DNA of 64,000 bases. It comes from Paenibacillus foliorum (GTDB lineage Bacteria > Bacillota > Bacilli > Paenibacillales > NBRC-103111). A model generated the notes under the pieces. It ran no database searches, had not been told where the DNA came from, and was given only the letters and a program-made list of their open reading frames with translations. This document shows, piece after piece, positions 1-10,070 of the stretch. The first letter of the stretch is position 1. The number at the start of each line of letters is the position of its first letter. Both the position numbers and the translations under genes were made by a program. The stretch is taken from positions 18,696-82,695 of the forward strand of contig NZ_WHOD01000062.1 in the NCBI RefSeq assembly GCF_013141765.1. Reading direction: 5' to 3'.

Positions 1-681
1 CTGGGAAGAGCTCCAGGCTCCGACCAGCCTGCGATGCGCGCTCTACGGCGCGGCTTGGGAAGCGACGGCAATGATTTCCCAGAGATGCTAAGCGAGCTTC
101 GCGCTTACCTGAACCCCTCCTTGGGCGGCCGTCCACTAGGAGTACGAGCTGTTCCAGGCGAAGGTCTGAATATTCCGATCTGGCTGTTGGGTTCGAGCGG
201 CTTTAGCGCTCAATTAGCTGGCCAGCTCGGTCTTCCATTTGCCTTCGCCAGCCATTTCGCTCCAGATTATTTGCTGCCAGCACTGGAATTGTACCGCAGC
301 AATTTCCGTCCTTCGGATGCACTAGAGAAGCCTTACGTTATGGTAGGAGTGAATGTAGTGGTATCTGATACGGACGAAGAGGGTCGCAAGCTAGCTACCT
401 CGATGGAGCAGGCTTTCCTTAATATTATCCGCGGCCGTACCGGTCTTCTGAATCCTCCTGTGGATGACATGGATTCTCTGTGGACCCTTCAGGAGCAAGC
501 TGTTGTCCGCAAGCAATTAAGCTATGGCATTGCCGGGAACAAAGCAACCGTTCGGGATAGGCTGCAGAAGGTTCTGGATGAAACCGGAGCTGACGAACTT
601 ATTGTTACTTCCCAAATTTATGATCATCAAGCTCGATTACGTTCTTATGAATTGCTATCTGAGGTTGTTAAAGAAAATTGA
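1..681 (+). CDS. LLM-class (luciferase-like) flavin-dependent oxidoreductase, 5'-partial; the reading frame is open back to the window edge
   Basis: The ORF is open from base 1. The motif LGSSGFSAQLAGQLGLPFAFASHFAP and the overall composition are typical of the bacterial luciferase-like monooxygenase family. The 215 aa seen is about the C-terminal two thirds of a ~330-aa protein. Confidence 0.7.
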   Translation: MGRAPGSDQPAMRALRRGLGSDGNDFPEMLSELRAYLNPSLGGRPLGVRAVPGEGLNIPIWLLGSSGFSAQLAGQLGLPFAFASHFAPDYLLPALELYRSNFRPSDALEKPYVMVGVNVVVSDTDEEGRKLATSMEQAFLNIIRGRTGLLNPPVDDMDSLWTLQEQAVVRKQLSYGIAGNKATVRDRLQKVLDETGADELIVTSQIYDHQARLRSYELLSEVVKEN

Positions 682-900
682 GAACTACAGCCATATTGGC
701 TGATTGAAGTCCCTAGTCCCGCCATACCTTGATTCTCTAACAGAGAACTGAACAATTCTCTGGTTGGCATGTATGCGGGAGGGGGGATCTATTTGGTTCC
801 GACTCAATGGTTTTTTGATTGAGAAATAACCCTTGCCAGCAGGATGGGATATGTGTAAAATAAAGTAAAATATCATATGTAATCGGCTAGAGACTTGATG

Positions 901-960
901 AGAAGCCACCTGCATACTTCCTTTTTGGAAGCGTTTTTATGCTGGTGGCTTCTTTTATTT
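901..960 (+). terminator. Rho-independent terminator after the LLM oxidoreductase gene
   Basis: AGAAGCCACC ... GGTGGCTTCT inverted repeat with an inner CTTCC/GGAAG stem, followed by TTTTATTTT. Confidence 0.6.
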
Positions 961-1078
961 TGCCGATTTTAGTAAGGGAGCGGCACTAGCGGCAATGAGT
1001 TAGCCTGCAAAACGTTTCCTGATGATATGAAAGGCTGGAAAGTAACGGAACACAATAAATTGTTGAGGGGGAAGTTGC

Positions 1079-2392
1079 ATGAAAAAATTACTGTTGTTGA
1101 TGGCTTCGTTGATTTTGGTACTTTCGGCTTGTAGCGGCGGCGGAACAGCTCCTAAGGAAAGCCCAAAGGGAGCAGAAGGTAAAAGCGGGAAGCCGGTGGA
1201 ACTCCAGTTTTATTTTCCGGTAGCAGTCGGGGGGCCGATTACTCAAATTGTTGATAAATTAGCTAAAGACTTTGAAAAAGAAAACGCTAACATAAAAATC
1301 AAGCCGATTTATGGTGGTAGCTACCAAGATACAATGACGAAGGTGGCGACAGCCGTTCAAGGCAACAATTCGCCGGATATGGCGGTGCTTTTATCCACCG
1401 ACTTGTACAGCTTAATATCGATGAAAGCCATTGAGGATTTAACGCCTCGGTTCTCTAAAGAATATTTCGCAGACTTTTACGAGTCATTCCTGGGTAACAC
1501 TAGATCAGGGAACACCATTTGGAGTGTGCCTTTCCAACGAAGCACGATCGTGCTTTACTACAACAAAGACATGTTTAAAGCTGCCGGCCTCGATCCTGAA
1601 AAAGCACCTGCGAATTGGACTCAACTCCGTGAATACGCGCAAAAGCTAACGAAAAAGGATGCATCCGATAAAGTCACGCAGTGGGGGCTCGAAATTCCAA
1701 GCACCGGATACCAATACTGGATGTTGCAAGCCCTTTCACTTCAATCTGGCGACAACATTATGTCCAATGACGGCAAACAGGTATTTTTCAATAAACCTCA
1801 TGTAGAAGAATCTTTACAGCTATATATGGATTTGGGTATTAAGGATAAGGTGATGCCAAGCGGTGCCATCGAATGGGCAACGGTTCCTTCCGACTTTATC
1901 AGTGGCAAAACAGCAATGATGTTCCATACGACGGGCAACTTGACCAAGGTGAAAACGGATGCGAAGTTTAATTTTGGTGTCGCTTTCCTGCCGGCTAACA
2001 AGAAATTCGGTTCACCAACCGGCGGCGGTAACTTATATGTGTTCAAGAACATACCGGAAGAAAACAAAAAAGCAGCCGTTAAATTTATCGAGTTCCTGAC
2101 TAAACCCGATCGCGTAGCGCAGTGGTCAATCGATACAGGCTATGTCGGTACAACGAAAGCGGCTTACAATACCGATTTGTTGAAGAAATACATTGAAACC
2201 TTCCCCCAGGCAAAAGTGGCTAGAGACCAATTAGAGTATGCGGACAGCGAATTATCCACGTACCAGAACGGTCAGGTCACTAAAATTTTCAATGATAATA
2301 TCCAGGCAGCGCTGCTTGGCAAAATGACTGCAAAGGAAGCATTGCAGAAATCGCAGGAGCAAGCAGATCAGATTCTTAAAGCCTTCAAGTAA
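1079..2392 (+). CDS. ABC transporter substrate-binding lipoprotein, CUT1 family (UgpB/MalE-like), likely sn-glycerol-3-phosphate/glycerophosphodiester binding
   Basis: Signal peptide with lipobox LSAC-SGG; solute-binding family 1 architecture at 437 aa; GAGGGGGAAG RBS; first gene of a transporter operon that ends with the GDPD protein. Confidence 0.85.
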   Translation: MKKLLLLMASLILVLSACSGGGTAPKESPKGAEGKSGKPVELQFYFPVAVGGPITQIVDKLAKDFEKENANIKIKPIYGGSYQDTMTKVATAVQGNNSPDMAVLLSTDLYSLISMKAIEDLTPRFSKEYFADFYESFLGNTRSGNTIWSVPFQRSTIVLYYNKDMFKAAGLDPEKAPANWTQLREYAQKLTKKDASDKVTQWGLEIPSTGYQYWMLQALSLQSGDNIMSNDGKQVFFNKPHVEESLQLYMDLGIKDKVMPSGAIEWATVPSDFISGKTAMMFHTTGNLTKVKTDAKFNFGVAFLPANKKFGSPTGGGNLYVFKNIPEENKKAAVKFIEFLTKPDRVAQWSIDTGYVGTTKAAYNTDLLKKYIETFPQAKVARDQLEYADSELSTYQNGQVTKIFNDNIQAALLGKMTAKEALQKSQEQADQILKAFK

Positions 2393-2558
2393 CATCGCAA
2401 TAACTGTGGTTTTTTTCAGAAGACAACTACGGCTATAGACGACGAGAAGCCATGGTTGCATTATGAAGTCCCTGTCTGTGTTTCAGTGGGGTGCGTAATG
2501 TATCATGTGGCTTCTTCTTGTTATAAAAGCTCTCCATGTGAGGAAACGGGTGATTTCA

Positions 2559-3491
2559 ATGACAGAACGAGTGCCTAATACAACAGCTAAAATTAAGCGG
2601 CAAGGATGGCTTCTAGCGAAAGGAACGGTCAACTGGAAGGAGAACGCATTCGCCTATGCGCTGCTGCTCCCTTCTCTGATTTTCCTAGCCTTATTTACTT
2701 TTTATCCAACCCTTAAATCCATTTATTTAAGCTTTTACAGCTCCAGTTTTGAAGCCAGTACATTTGTTGGCTTTGAACAGTATGCATCGGTTCTCCAAGA
2801 CGAAGTTTTCATCAAAGTTATCAAAAATAACCTGTTGCTCGCTGTAGGCACGGTGCCAACGAGTATTTTTCTGGCTTTCTATATGGCTATTTGGGTCAAT
2901 AACAAATTGAAGGGGAACGGCTTGCTGAGAGCGGCATTCTTCTATCCGACCATTATTCCAATGATCGCCATTGCGAATGTGTGGCTGTTCATTTACACAC
3001 CGGATTATGGGCTGCTTGATAAGTTTTTGGGAGTCTTCGGTATTGAAGGCCCAAAATGGCTGGGAAGCCCGGATTGGGTTATGATCGCCATGATGATGAT
3101 GGTGATTTGGAAGGAAGCCGGGTACTTTATGATCTTTTATCTGGCGGGCCTGCAAAGCTTGCCCCGAGAAGTGTATGAAGCGGCGAAGATCGAAGGCGCC
3201 AGTCCTTTTCTGACCTTCCGTAAGATTACGTTTCCTCTGATGATGCCCACGACATCGTTCGTCTTTATCATTGCCGTTACTAACTCCTTTAAACTGGTCG
3301 ATCACCTGTACATTATGACTAAGGGCGGTCCCGATAACGCCAGCAACCTACTGCTTTATCACATTTATGAAACCGCATTCAGCTTCTGGGATATGGGAAA
3401 AGCCTCCGTATTGACTGTGATTCTGTTAGTTATTTTGCTTACCGTTTCGATCTTTAACTATGCTTATCTGGACAAAAAAATCCACTACTAG
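2559..3491 (+). CDS. ABC transporter permease (UgpA/MalF-like)
   Basis: Six predicted TM segments and an EAAKIEGAS-type EAA loop. Start placed at ATG 2559 (MTERV...), which has an AGGAAACGGG RBS; the listed 2505 start looks like upstream read-through. Confidence 0.85.
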   Translation: MTERVPNTTAKIKRQGWLLAKGTVNWKENAFAYALLLPSLIFLALFTFYPTLKSIYLSFYSSSFEASTFVGFEQYASVLQDEVFIKVIKNNLLLAVGTVPTSIFLAFYMAIWVNNKLKGNGLLRAAFFYPTIIPMIAIANVWLFIYTPDYGLLDKFLGVFGIEGPKWLGSPDWVMIAMMMMVIWKEAGYFMIFYLAGLQSLPREVYEAAKIEGASPFLTFRKITFPLMMPTTSFVFIIAVTNSFKLVDHLYIMTKGGPDNASNLLLYHIYETAFSFWDMGKASVLTVILLVILLTVSIFNYAYLDKKIHY

Positions 3492-3511
3492 GAGAAAGGA
3501 GGAGCATAACC

Positions 3512-4324
3512 ATGAATCAAGTAATCAATCGTACCTTCATCATCGTATTGGCCATTGCTTTTTTAATCCCGCTTGTGTGGACGGTATTCACATCTTTTAC
3601 GCCTTCGGCGGAGATCATCACGCGGGCGAATCCATTTGCAATTGAGAATCCGACCTTCATCAATTATATCAATGCATGGAATACGATTCCCTTTCTTCAA
3701 TACTATTGGAATACGATTTTCATTGTTGTCGGTATTCTTTTGATTCAGCTGTTTACGATCACTCTGGCCGCCTACGCATTTGCGCGTTTGAGGTTCATTG
3801 GTTCGGGAGTCCTTTTCATTATTTTCCTGACGCAGATTATGATTCCTCCGGACATTTTGATTTACCCCAACTATGCCATTATGAAAGAACTGGGCCTTGT
3901 GGATACCAGACTGGCGATTATGCTGCCCTATTGGGCTTCTTCCTTCGGTGTGTTCCAGCTGCGCCAGACGTTCAAACAGATCCCTCTTGATTTGGACGAA
4001 GCGGCCCGAGTGGATGGCTGCAGATGGTGGCAGACTCTGTGGTACGTGTACTTACCTGCTGCCAAACCGACATATATCGCCTTCGCCCTGATATCAATCA
4101 GCACACACTGGAGCAACTTTATGTGGCCACTTGTCGTAACGAACTCTGTCGAGTCCCGCCCGCTTACCGTAGGAATCGCCATTTTCGCCCAGTCCTTCGA
4201 AACGGGAGCCCAGTGGGGAACCGTAACGGCAGCTACGCTTATGGTGATCCTGCCGCTGCTCGCCGTGTTCTTTATTTTCCAAAGACAGTTTGTTGACAGC
4301 TTCATGCATTCCGGCATCAAGTAG
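3512..4324 (+). CDS. ABC transporter permease (UgpE/MalG-like)
   Basis: Six TM segments, EAA motif (DLDEAARVDGC), GGAGG RBS, and tight spacing to the previous permease gene. Confidence 0.85.
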   Translation: MNQVINRTFIIVLAIAFLIPLVWTVFTSFTPSAEIITRANPFAIENPTFINYINAWNTIPFLQYYWNTIFIVVGILLIQLFTITLAAYAFARLRFIGSGVLFIIFLTQIMIPPDILIYPNYAIMKELGLVDTRLAIMLPYWASSFGVFQLRQTFKQIPLDLDEAARVDGCRWWQTLWYVYLPAAKPTYIAFALISISTHWSNFMWPLVVTNSVESRPLTVGIAIFAQSFETGAQWGTVTAATLMVILPLLAVFFIFQRQFVDSFMHSGIK

Positions 4325-4404
4325 GAGAGAGTTTAGCTGTTTCCACCGGTTCACCGGTGCTATTGGTAAATTCAATTGTATAAGGGTACGAGGTGTGGAG
4401 ATAG

Positions 4405-4460
4405 CCCTTTATACAACAAACGGAGTGCATATGGTCGTTTGCTGTATAAAGGGTTTTTAT
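4405..4460 (+). terminator. Intrinsic terminator/attenuator between the permease and GDPD genes; an upstream alternative pairing segment lies at 4376-4386
   Basis: Extended hairpin CCCTTTATACAACAAACG-loop-CGTTTGCTGTATAAAGGG followed by TTTTTAT. An upstream copy TTGTATAAGGG (4376-4386) can pair with the 5' arm instead, which would form an antiterminator. Confidence 0.55.
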
Positions 4461-4552
4461 ATACTCAGGAAAGGAGACGAGGGTTACAAGAGCCTGCCCT
4501 GAACCGCTCGACCTAGTAAGAATCCTAGTTTACATGAAGGGAATGAAGTCAG

Positions 4553-7500
4553 TTGAAGATGTATTCCAAGCTTTTTCATGTATGGTTAGTTGCCCTATTA
4601 CTAAGCAGTATCCTCCCGTTCCATGTATATGAACATCAGGCTTATGCGGCAGATGCAGCCAGAAAAACACTAAACGTTAACAAAACACTAGCAGCTCCAG
4701 TTATTGACGGAAAGTTGGAGGAGTCCTTTTGGGCAGTTGATCAGACTTTACAAGTCCAAACGGGCAATGGCCCTTTTAAGGATACAAAGTTTGGGATGCT
4801 GTGGGACAATAAGTATCTTTTTATCGGTGTGAAGGCCGCTGACGATACTCCCATCTATAATGCTCCGGGAAATTGGTTTGAACAAGACAGCATTAATGTT
4901 TTTGTTGATCCTACCTTGCACAGATCAGCGCCTTTTGCTGCGGATGACATGCAGATGGGTTTAGTTTATCAGCCAGAAACGACCACGCCTGAATTCCATT
5001 TCGGTGCAGCACTGAGCAATCATAGCGGCAAAGACGAAAAGAAGATCTTAAGAGCGATCAATAAGACAGCAGAAGGTTGGACACTGGAAATGGCCGTGCC
5101 TTGGGACATGCTGAATTTTGACCCATTATTGAAGAAGCAGCTGGGTTTAGAAATTACTGCCGGTGACCGCTATGGCACAGACTCCACTCAAAATAGATCG
5201 AGCGCTTGGAGCGCCTACAATGAATCGACATTTTGGAACAACACAGCTGGTTATGGAGTCATCACTTTGGTGGATGATCATCCGATTCCGGGGAGTGTAA
5301 ATACAATACTCCTCCAGGAAAATTTCGATGGCATTCCGGCGGGGCAAATTCCTTATGGTTGGAAAACGGATGCAAGCGCGGGAAGCAATTCGTTTACCGT
5401 TGTAAAAGATACTTACGGGAACGGAAGAATATCCGTTGACGTGAATGGCACCAACAAACAGAGCCGAATTTTCGCTCCTGTCCAATGGGATAACTACATC
5501 ATCGAAGCAGATCTGCGGTTTGAAAGCGTCCTGAACAGCGCAAGATGGGCTTCGTTGATATTCCGTGCGCCTTCCAGCGCGCTGCTGCCGTATAATCAGA
5601 TGGCTGTAAGACAAAACGGCACTTACGAGATTGCCTACAGAAAAACAGATGGTAGTTGGTCTGTACCTGTGACCGGTACATGGGGCAAGACACTGGCATT
5701 AAATTCCTATTACTCAATGAAAGTAAGGGTGTTCGATAACAACGTCAAGGAGTATATCAAGGCAAAATCCGATACGAATTATTCTTTGCTGACAGATAAA
5801 AGTTTGACTGCAGAATTACTTGAAAGAGGGAAAATCGGGTTTCAGGCGGACCAAAGCAAGATATCGTTTGATAACCTAAAAGTAACGAGAATAACGGCCG
5901 ACCGGCTGAATGCAGCGATTCCGACTACCGCGGAAGCTTTGACCGGTCCGATAAGTGTAACAGGCAGCGTCTATTATTCGGACGGAATAACGGATGTAGC
6001 GGCCTTTGACCGTGTTAAATTTTATTCCTCAGACGAAAGCATTGTTAAAATCATCAACAATAAGTTGTACCCGCTTAAACAAGGCAAGGCAAACGTGAAG
6101 GCGGTTTATTACAATGCGGAAGTGTCGCAGGAGGTAACCGTAACCCCTTCCTTGACTGGGGCTAAGGTGGTATCGATCAAGCATAATGAAGGTTATGCTC
6201 TGGCTGTCTCGGGTCAACCTCTTGATCTGAATAGCTTGTCGTTTCAAACGGAGCTAAATGACTTTTCATCCCAAACCCTGCCAGGTGGGCAATTATCGTG
6301 GACCTCCGGCAGCGGCGCCGTTGTCTTTGAGAATGGGACCTTCAAGGTTCAGCAAAAAGGGGTTTATCCGGTTACTGGGCAAAAGGATGGGGCAGCTGTT
6401 TCCATACTTTTCATAGTCAAAAACCCAGGTGATGCCGAATATGTACTCTATGAAGAAAATTTTGATGCCATTCCGGAAGGCACCCTGCCGCAAGGCTGGA
6501 CAAGAAAACAGGGGACAACAGCCAGTGCAGCAACAGTGAAATCAGGAGCATTCGAAATGAATGCCTCTGCGGCTCCGGATAATCCATCCAGAGTGCTGCT
6601 CCCCGATTATTTAGGCTTGTTCGGCAACTACAAGATTGAGGCGGATGTAACTCATCTTACGGTGAACAACAATGCAAGATGGAATGCGATCATGTACCGA
6701 ATTCAGAACAATGACTACCCTTATTACCAAATGGCTGTCAGGAAGGATGCGACGGCTGTTAATGGAGTTGAGTTTTCCGAGAGAACCCCTGCCAATGGCT
6801 GGAATGTCATCGATACAGGTTCATTCACAGAAGTGATCGATGCTGGGAGGCTGTACCGCTATACCGTCAAAGCATACGGAACCAGGGTACAGGAATCTAT
6901 CGATAACAAACCGATCATCGACACCGATCAAGCAGCAGCTTATACGAAAGGACGCATTGGATTTCAAGCCGACGGCAGCGCCATGAAACTGGATAATATT
7001 CGGGTTACTCTGCAGCAGGAGCCCTTACCGCCTGTATCCAACGGCCATTTTGTTCAAGTTACTGAACCGGAAACCAAAATCTCGATGGCCGCATCTATAG
7101 CAACAGAGCTCAAAAGCTCTCAGGAGCTGGTCGATCTCACCGGTCCTACCCTGCCGGCAACAGTTGTTTTGCATATCGGTGAAGGTTTGAAGGTAATGGA
7201 ACCGTCCCGTATGAAGGAAATGGGAAGTTTGGATTCGGTTCTATCCGCCATTGGAACACGTATGATCCCTGCCTTTTATGTGAAGGATGAGCAGACGGTT
7301 GACGAGCTGGTCGAATATTTGAAGAACAAGGGCATAGAGGATGCTGATGTTATTTCCGACAATGGAGAGCTTGTCAAAAGAGCCAGAACCGCTTACCCGA
7401 TCATTCGCGGTATCGTGGATTTCAGTACGAGGGGCAGCTTGACTAAAGAAGATATGCTTGACGTTCGTAGAAAAACAACGATCAGCTTGGCGAAGATTGC

Positions 7501-9976
7501 ACTGCTCCCCCAAAACGCCGCTTCCCCCGAGAACGTATCTTATCTCCAAAAACGGACGATCGTGGTCTGGGCAAAGGAAGCAGCAGCACAAAGGGAAAAA
7601 AGCGTTACTCTCCATCAATTGATTACGTCCGGAGTCGATGGGATCTTAACCGACTCGCCGAACACGGCATTTACTGCATTAAAGGTTTATTCCAATAATA
7701 CAACTCTGATTCGCAAACCTTATGTGATCGGACATAGAGGAGTGCCTTCGAAAGCACCGGAGAATACGATAGAGAGCAACGAATTGGGTCTGGACTATGG
7801 GGCGGATTACATTGAAAATGACATCTACCTCTCCAAGGACGGACATTTGGTTATTCTCCATGACGGAGCGTTGGAAAGGACGACGAATGGTACCGGCTTT
7901 ATTGAAGATTACACCTTGGCCCAGCTAAAGGCGCTGAATGCGAACAAACCATTCCCTGTGGGATTTCCCGATGTAAAAATTCCGACATTAGAGGAACAAA
8001 TTGACCTTGCCCGGAAAAAAGGCAAAATGGTTATGTCAGAGATGAAAACCGACAATCCGGCAGCCGTTGATGCCTACGTCAAGCTAATTAAGGATAAAAA
8101 TGCGGAAGATGTCATGGATACGATGTCATTCTCCGGCAATCAGTTGAAGCGGTTGGCTGAGTTAATGCCTGAAATGCCTTTGGGTTTATTGACAAGCGGG
8201 CTTGCCAGCGAATCGAATGTGAACAGCTCCTTGAGGAAAACGCTGAAACAGGTTCAAAGTCTGAACGTTACTTTAAATACGAGCTTTAGTGGATTAGGCA
8301 AAAACTTTATGGAGGCCTCCAAACACCGTGGTATTATCATATCGCCTTGGACCTTTAATGATAAAAAGAATTTCATTCAATTTTTTCTGTATGGCGCTTG
8401 GGGCTTGACTACTGATTATGCGTTCTGGGCGGCAGATTGGGCAATTGCAATCAAGCCGGAGAAAGCCAACCAGCAAATGATGAATGGTGGAAGCCTTACA
8501 TTATCCGCTGAAATCGAAACCTATAACGGGACAAAAACGGCTATTACTCCGGAAATTGTCATGCTGGACGGTCAAGATTTGATTGAAGTGAACGGAAATA
8601 AAGCAACCGCAAAGAAACCGGGTACGGCAACTATCCTTTTGCGTTATACGGCTTCTATTGATGAGGCTAATAAGTACGACATCTATTCACAGCCAATATC
8701 TATCGAAGTAAAGCCTGTACCTAGAGATCATCGTCCATCAGGAGGTTCCTCTAACGGAAGCAACTTGAATCCAAGCGTCGGCAGCCAGGACGGCCAGCCT
8801 GGTAATGCGGTGATTAATGTAGTGAACAACGACAGGGTTGAGGTTGACGTATTAAGGGGGGCCTTCCAATCGGCATCCAAAGTAGAAGTGAATCATGCAG
8901 GAGAGAAGCTGCTGCTGCCTGCGGAGGGATTAGTTGATGCGGTCCTTAAGCCTGGTGCATTATTAGTGATTACAAGTGAGAACGTTACTTATCAGCTGCC
9001 GTTATCCGTTCTAAAGCTTGAAGAATTGCAGCGGCAATTGGGTACGATCCTGAACGACCTATGGATCAGCATCACGATCAAAAAGCTGATCGGCAGCGAA
9101 GCCGCCGCCGTGAGGGATGCCGTGGCTAAATCAGGCGGTACGCAAATAGCCGATACCGTAGAGTACGATGTTCAGGCGGTCAGCAATAACGGTAAATCGG
9201 CCCGCCTGACCTTCGGTTCCACCTATGTTTCCCGCAGTCTGGTGCTGAACAAGGCTGTCGATTCACTGAGAGCGACAGGCGTAATGTATATGCCTGAGAC
9301 GAAGACGCTCCGATTCGTCCCCACTATCTTTGAAGCTAAGGATGGTAAGACTACAGCAACCATGCAACGTAATGGCAATAGTGTGTATTCGGTGGTTGAG
9401 AATAATAAGAGCTTTGTAGACATGACCAACCACTGGGCTAAAGCGGATGTCGAGTTGCTAGCTAACAAGCTTGTAATCGATGGAGTCAGCGACAACAGGT
9501 TCGATGGCGAACGCAATATCACACGCGCAGAATTTGCAGTGCTGCTTGCCCGCGCATTAAGTTTAAGCACTTCGTCCGGGGCAAAGAATGAGTTTAGCGA
9601 TCTCGCCTCAACGGCTTGGTATGCCGGAGATGTAGCAGCAGCGACCGAGGCAGGTATGATCAACGGTTATGAGGATGGAACCTTCCGCCCGAACCGGGAA
9701 ATAACACGTGAAGAACAAGCGGTAATGATTATACGTGCTTTGTCCTACGTAAATATGGATGTAAAGGTCTCCCAAGCCCAACAAGACGAGATCCTTGGAC
9801 GTTACAAGGATGTTGACAAGATTGTTTGGGCAAAAGCAGAGGTTGCGGCTGCCGTTAATACCGGTTTGATAAACGGAATGACGACAGAAGCTCTCATGAT
9901 GGATAGTTATTCAACCCGCGCCCAGTCCGCAGTGACTTTGAAACGACTTTTGTACAAAGTGAACTTTATCAACTAG
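4553..9976 (+). CDS. 1807-aa secreted, SLH-anchored multidomain glycerophosphodiester phosphodiesterase (signal peptide, CBM9-like domain, two DUF1080/LamG-like modules, Big_2 Ig-like domains, GDPD catalytic domain, three C-terminal SLH domains)
   Basis: GDPD signature HRG...ENDIYLSKDGHLVILHD. Internal duplication ENFDGIPAGQIPYGW / ENFDAIPEGTLPQGW ... FQAD ... DN(L/I)(K/R)VT. C-terminal SLH repeats (DGTFRPNREITREE, MING). TTG start at 4553 or ATG at 4559. Confidence 0.85.
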   Translation: MKMYSKLFHVWLVALLLSSILPFHVYEHQAYAADAARKTLNVNKTLAAPVIDGKLEESFWAVDQTLQVQTGNGPFKDTKFGMLWDNKYLFIGVKAADDTPIYNAPGNWFEQDSINVFVDPTLHRSAPFAADDMQMGLVYQPETTTPEFHFGAALSNHSGKDEKKILRAINKTAEGWTLEMAVPWDMLNFDPLLKKQLGLEITAGDRYGTDSTQNRSSAWSAYNESTFWNNTAGYGVITLVDDHPIPGSVNTILLQENFDGIPAGQIPYGWKTDASAGSNSFTVVKDTYGNGRISVDVNGTNKQSRIFAPVQWDNYIIEADLRFESVLNSARWASLIFRAPSSALLPYNQMAVRQNGTYEIAYRKTDGSWSVPVTGTWGKTLALNSYYSMKVRVFDNNVKEYIKAKSDTNYSLLTDKSLTAELLERGKIGFQADQSKISFDNLKVTRITADRLNAAIPTTAEALTGPISVTGSVYYSDGITDVAAFDRVKFYSSDESIVKIINNKLYPLKQGKANVKAVYYNAEVSQEVTVTPSLTGAKVVSIKHNEGYALAVSGQPLDLNSLSFQTELNDFSSQTLPGGQLSWTSGSGAVVFENGTFKVQQKGVYPVTGQKDGAAVSILFIVKNPGDAEYVLYEENFDAIPEGTLPQGWTRKQGTTASAATVKSGAFEMNASAAPDNPSRVLLPDYLGLFGNYKIEADVTHLTVNNNARWNAIMYRIQNNDYPYYQMAVRKDATAVNGVEFSERTPANGWNVIDTGSFTEVIDAGRLYRYTVKAYGTRVQESIDNKPIIDTDQAAAYTKGRIGFQADGSAMKLDNIRVTLQQEPLPPVSNGHFVQVTEPETKISMAASIATELKSSQELVDLTGPTLPATVVLHIGEGLKVMEPSRMKEMGSLDSVLSAIGTRMIPAFYVKDEQTVDELVEYLKNKGIEDADVISDNGELVKRARTAYPIIRGIVDFSTRGSLTKEDMLDVRRKTTISLAKIALLPQNAASPENVSYLQKRTIVVWAKEAAAQREKSVTLHQLITSGVDGILTDSPNTAFTALKVYSNNTTLIRKPYVIGHRGVPSKAPENTIESNELGLDYGADYIENDIYLSKDGHLVILHDGALERTTNGTGFIEDYTLAQLKALNANKPFPVGFPDVKIPTLEEQIDLARKKGKMVMSEMKTDNPAAVDAYVKLIKDKNAEDVMDTMSFSGNQLKRLAELMPEMPLGLLTSGLASESNVNSSLRKTLKQVQSLNVTLNTSFSGLGKNFMEASKHRGIIISPWTFNDKKNFIQFFLYGAWGLTTDYAFWAADWAIAIKPEKANQQMMNGGSLTLSAEIETYNGTKTAITPEIVMLDGQDLIEVNGNKATAKKPGTATILLRYTASIDEANKYDIYSQPISIEVKPVPRDHRPSGGSSNGSNLNPSVGSQDGQPGNAVINVVNNDRVEVDVLRGAFQSASKVEVNHAGEKLLLPAEGLVDAVLKPGALLVITSENVTYQLPLSVLKLEELQRQLGTILNDLWISITIKKLIGSEAAAVRDAVAKSGGTQIADTVEYDVQAVSNNGKSARLTFGSTYVSRSLVLNKAVDSLRATGVMYMPETKTLRFVPTIFEAKDGKTTATMQRNGNSVYSVVENNKSFVDMTNHWAKADVELLANKLVIDGVSDNRFDGERNITRAEFAVLLARALSLSTSSGAKNEFSDLASTAWYAGDVAAATEAGMINGYEDGTFRPNREITREEQAVMIIRALSYVNMDVKVSQAQQDEILGRYKDVDKIVWAKAEVAAAVNTGLINGMTTEALMMDSYSTRAQSAVTLKRLLYKVNFIN

Positions 9977-10005
9977 CTTGTCTGAATACCAAGTATGTTT
10001 AAAAG

Positions 10006-10053
10006 AAAAAGAACCCTTGAGAAGATTAGAAGATTCAAGGGTTCTTTTTCTTT
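10006..10053. terminator. Bidirectional intrinsic terminator between the convergent GDPD gene and the receiver gene
   Basis: AAAGAACCCTTGA-13 nt-TCAAGGGTTCTTT, flanked by an A-run upstream and a T-run downstream. Confidence 0.65.
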
Positions 10054-10070
10054 GATTGGAACATTTATTC

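Noticed and set aside
960-1078. Pho-box (PhoP binding repeats) upstream of the ugpB-like gene.
   Set aside because: No convincing TT(A/T/C)ACA direct repeats at 11-bp spacing could be picked out by eye. It is left as a check to perform, not a claim.
2727-3305. 192-aa antisense ORF inside the permease gene, and many similar antisense or overlapping ORFs (e.g. 3928-4320, 5147-5614, 9223-9663, 11792-12127, 12147-12731, 12831-13437, 35261-35981, 38354-38701, 55571-56369, 58506-58844, 59517-60276, 61109-61438).
   Set aside because: These are fully embedded in, or antisense to, strongly supported genes. They lack an RBS and have atypical composition (Arg/Ser/Cys-rich), so they are classed as spurious frame-shadow ORFs.
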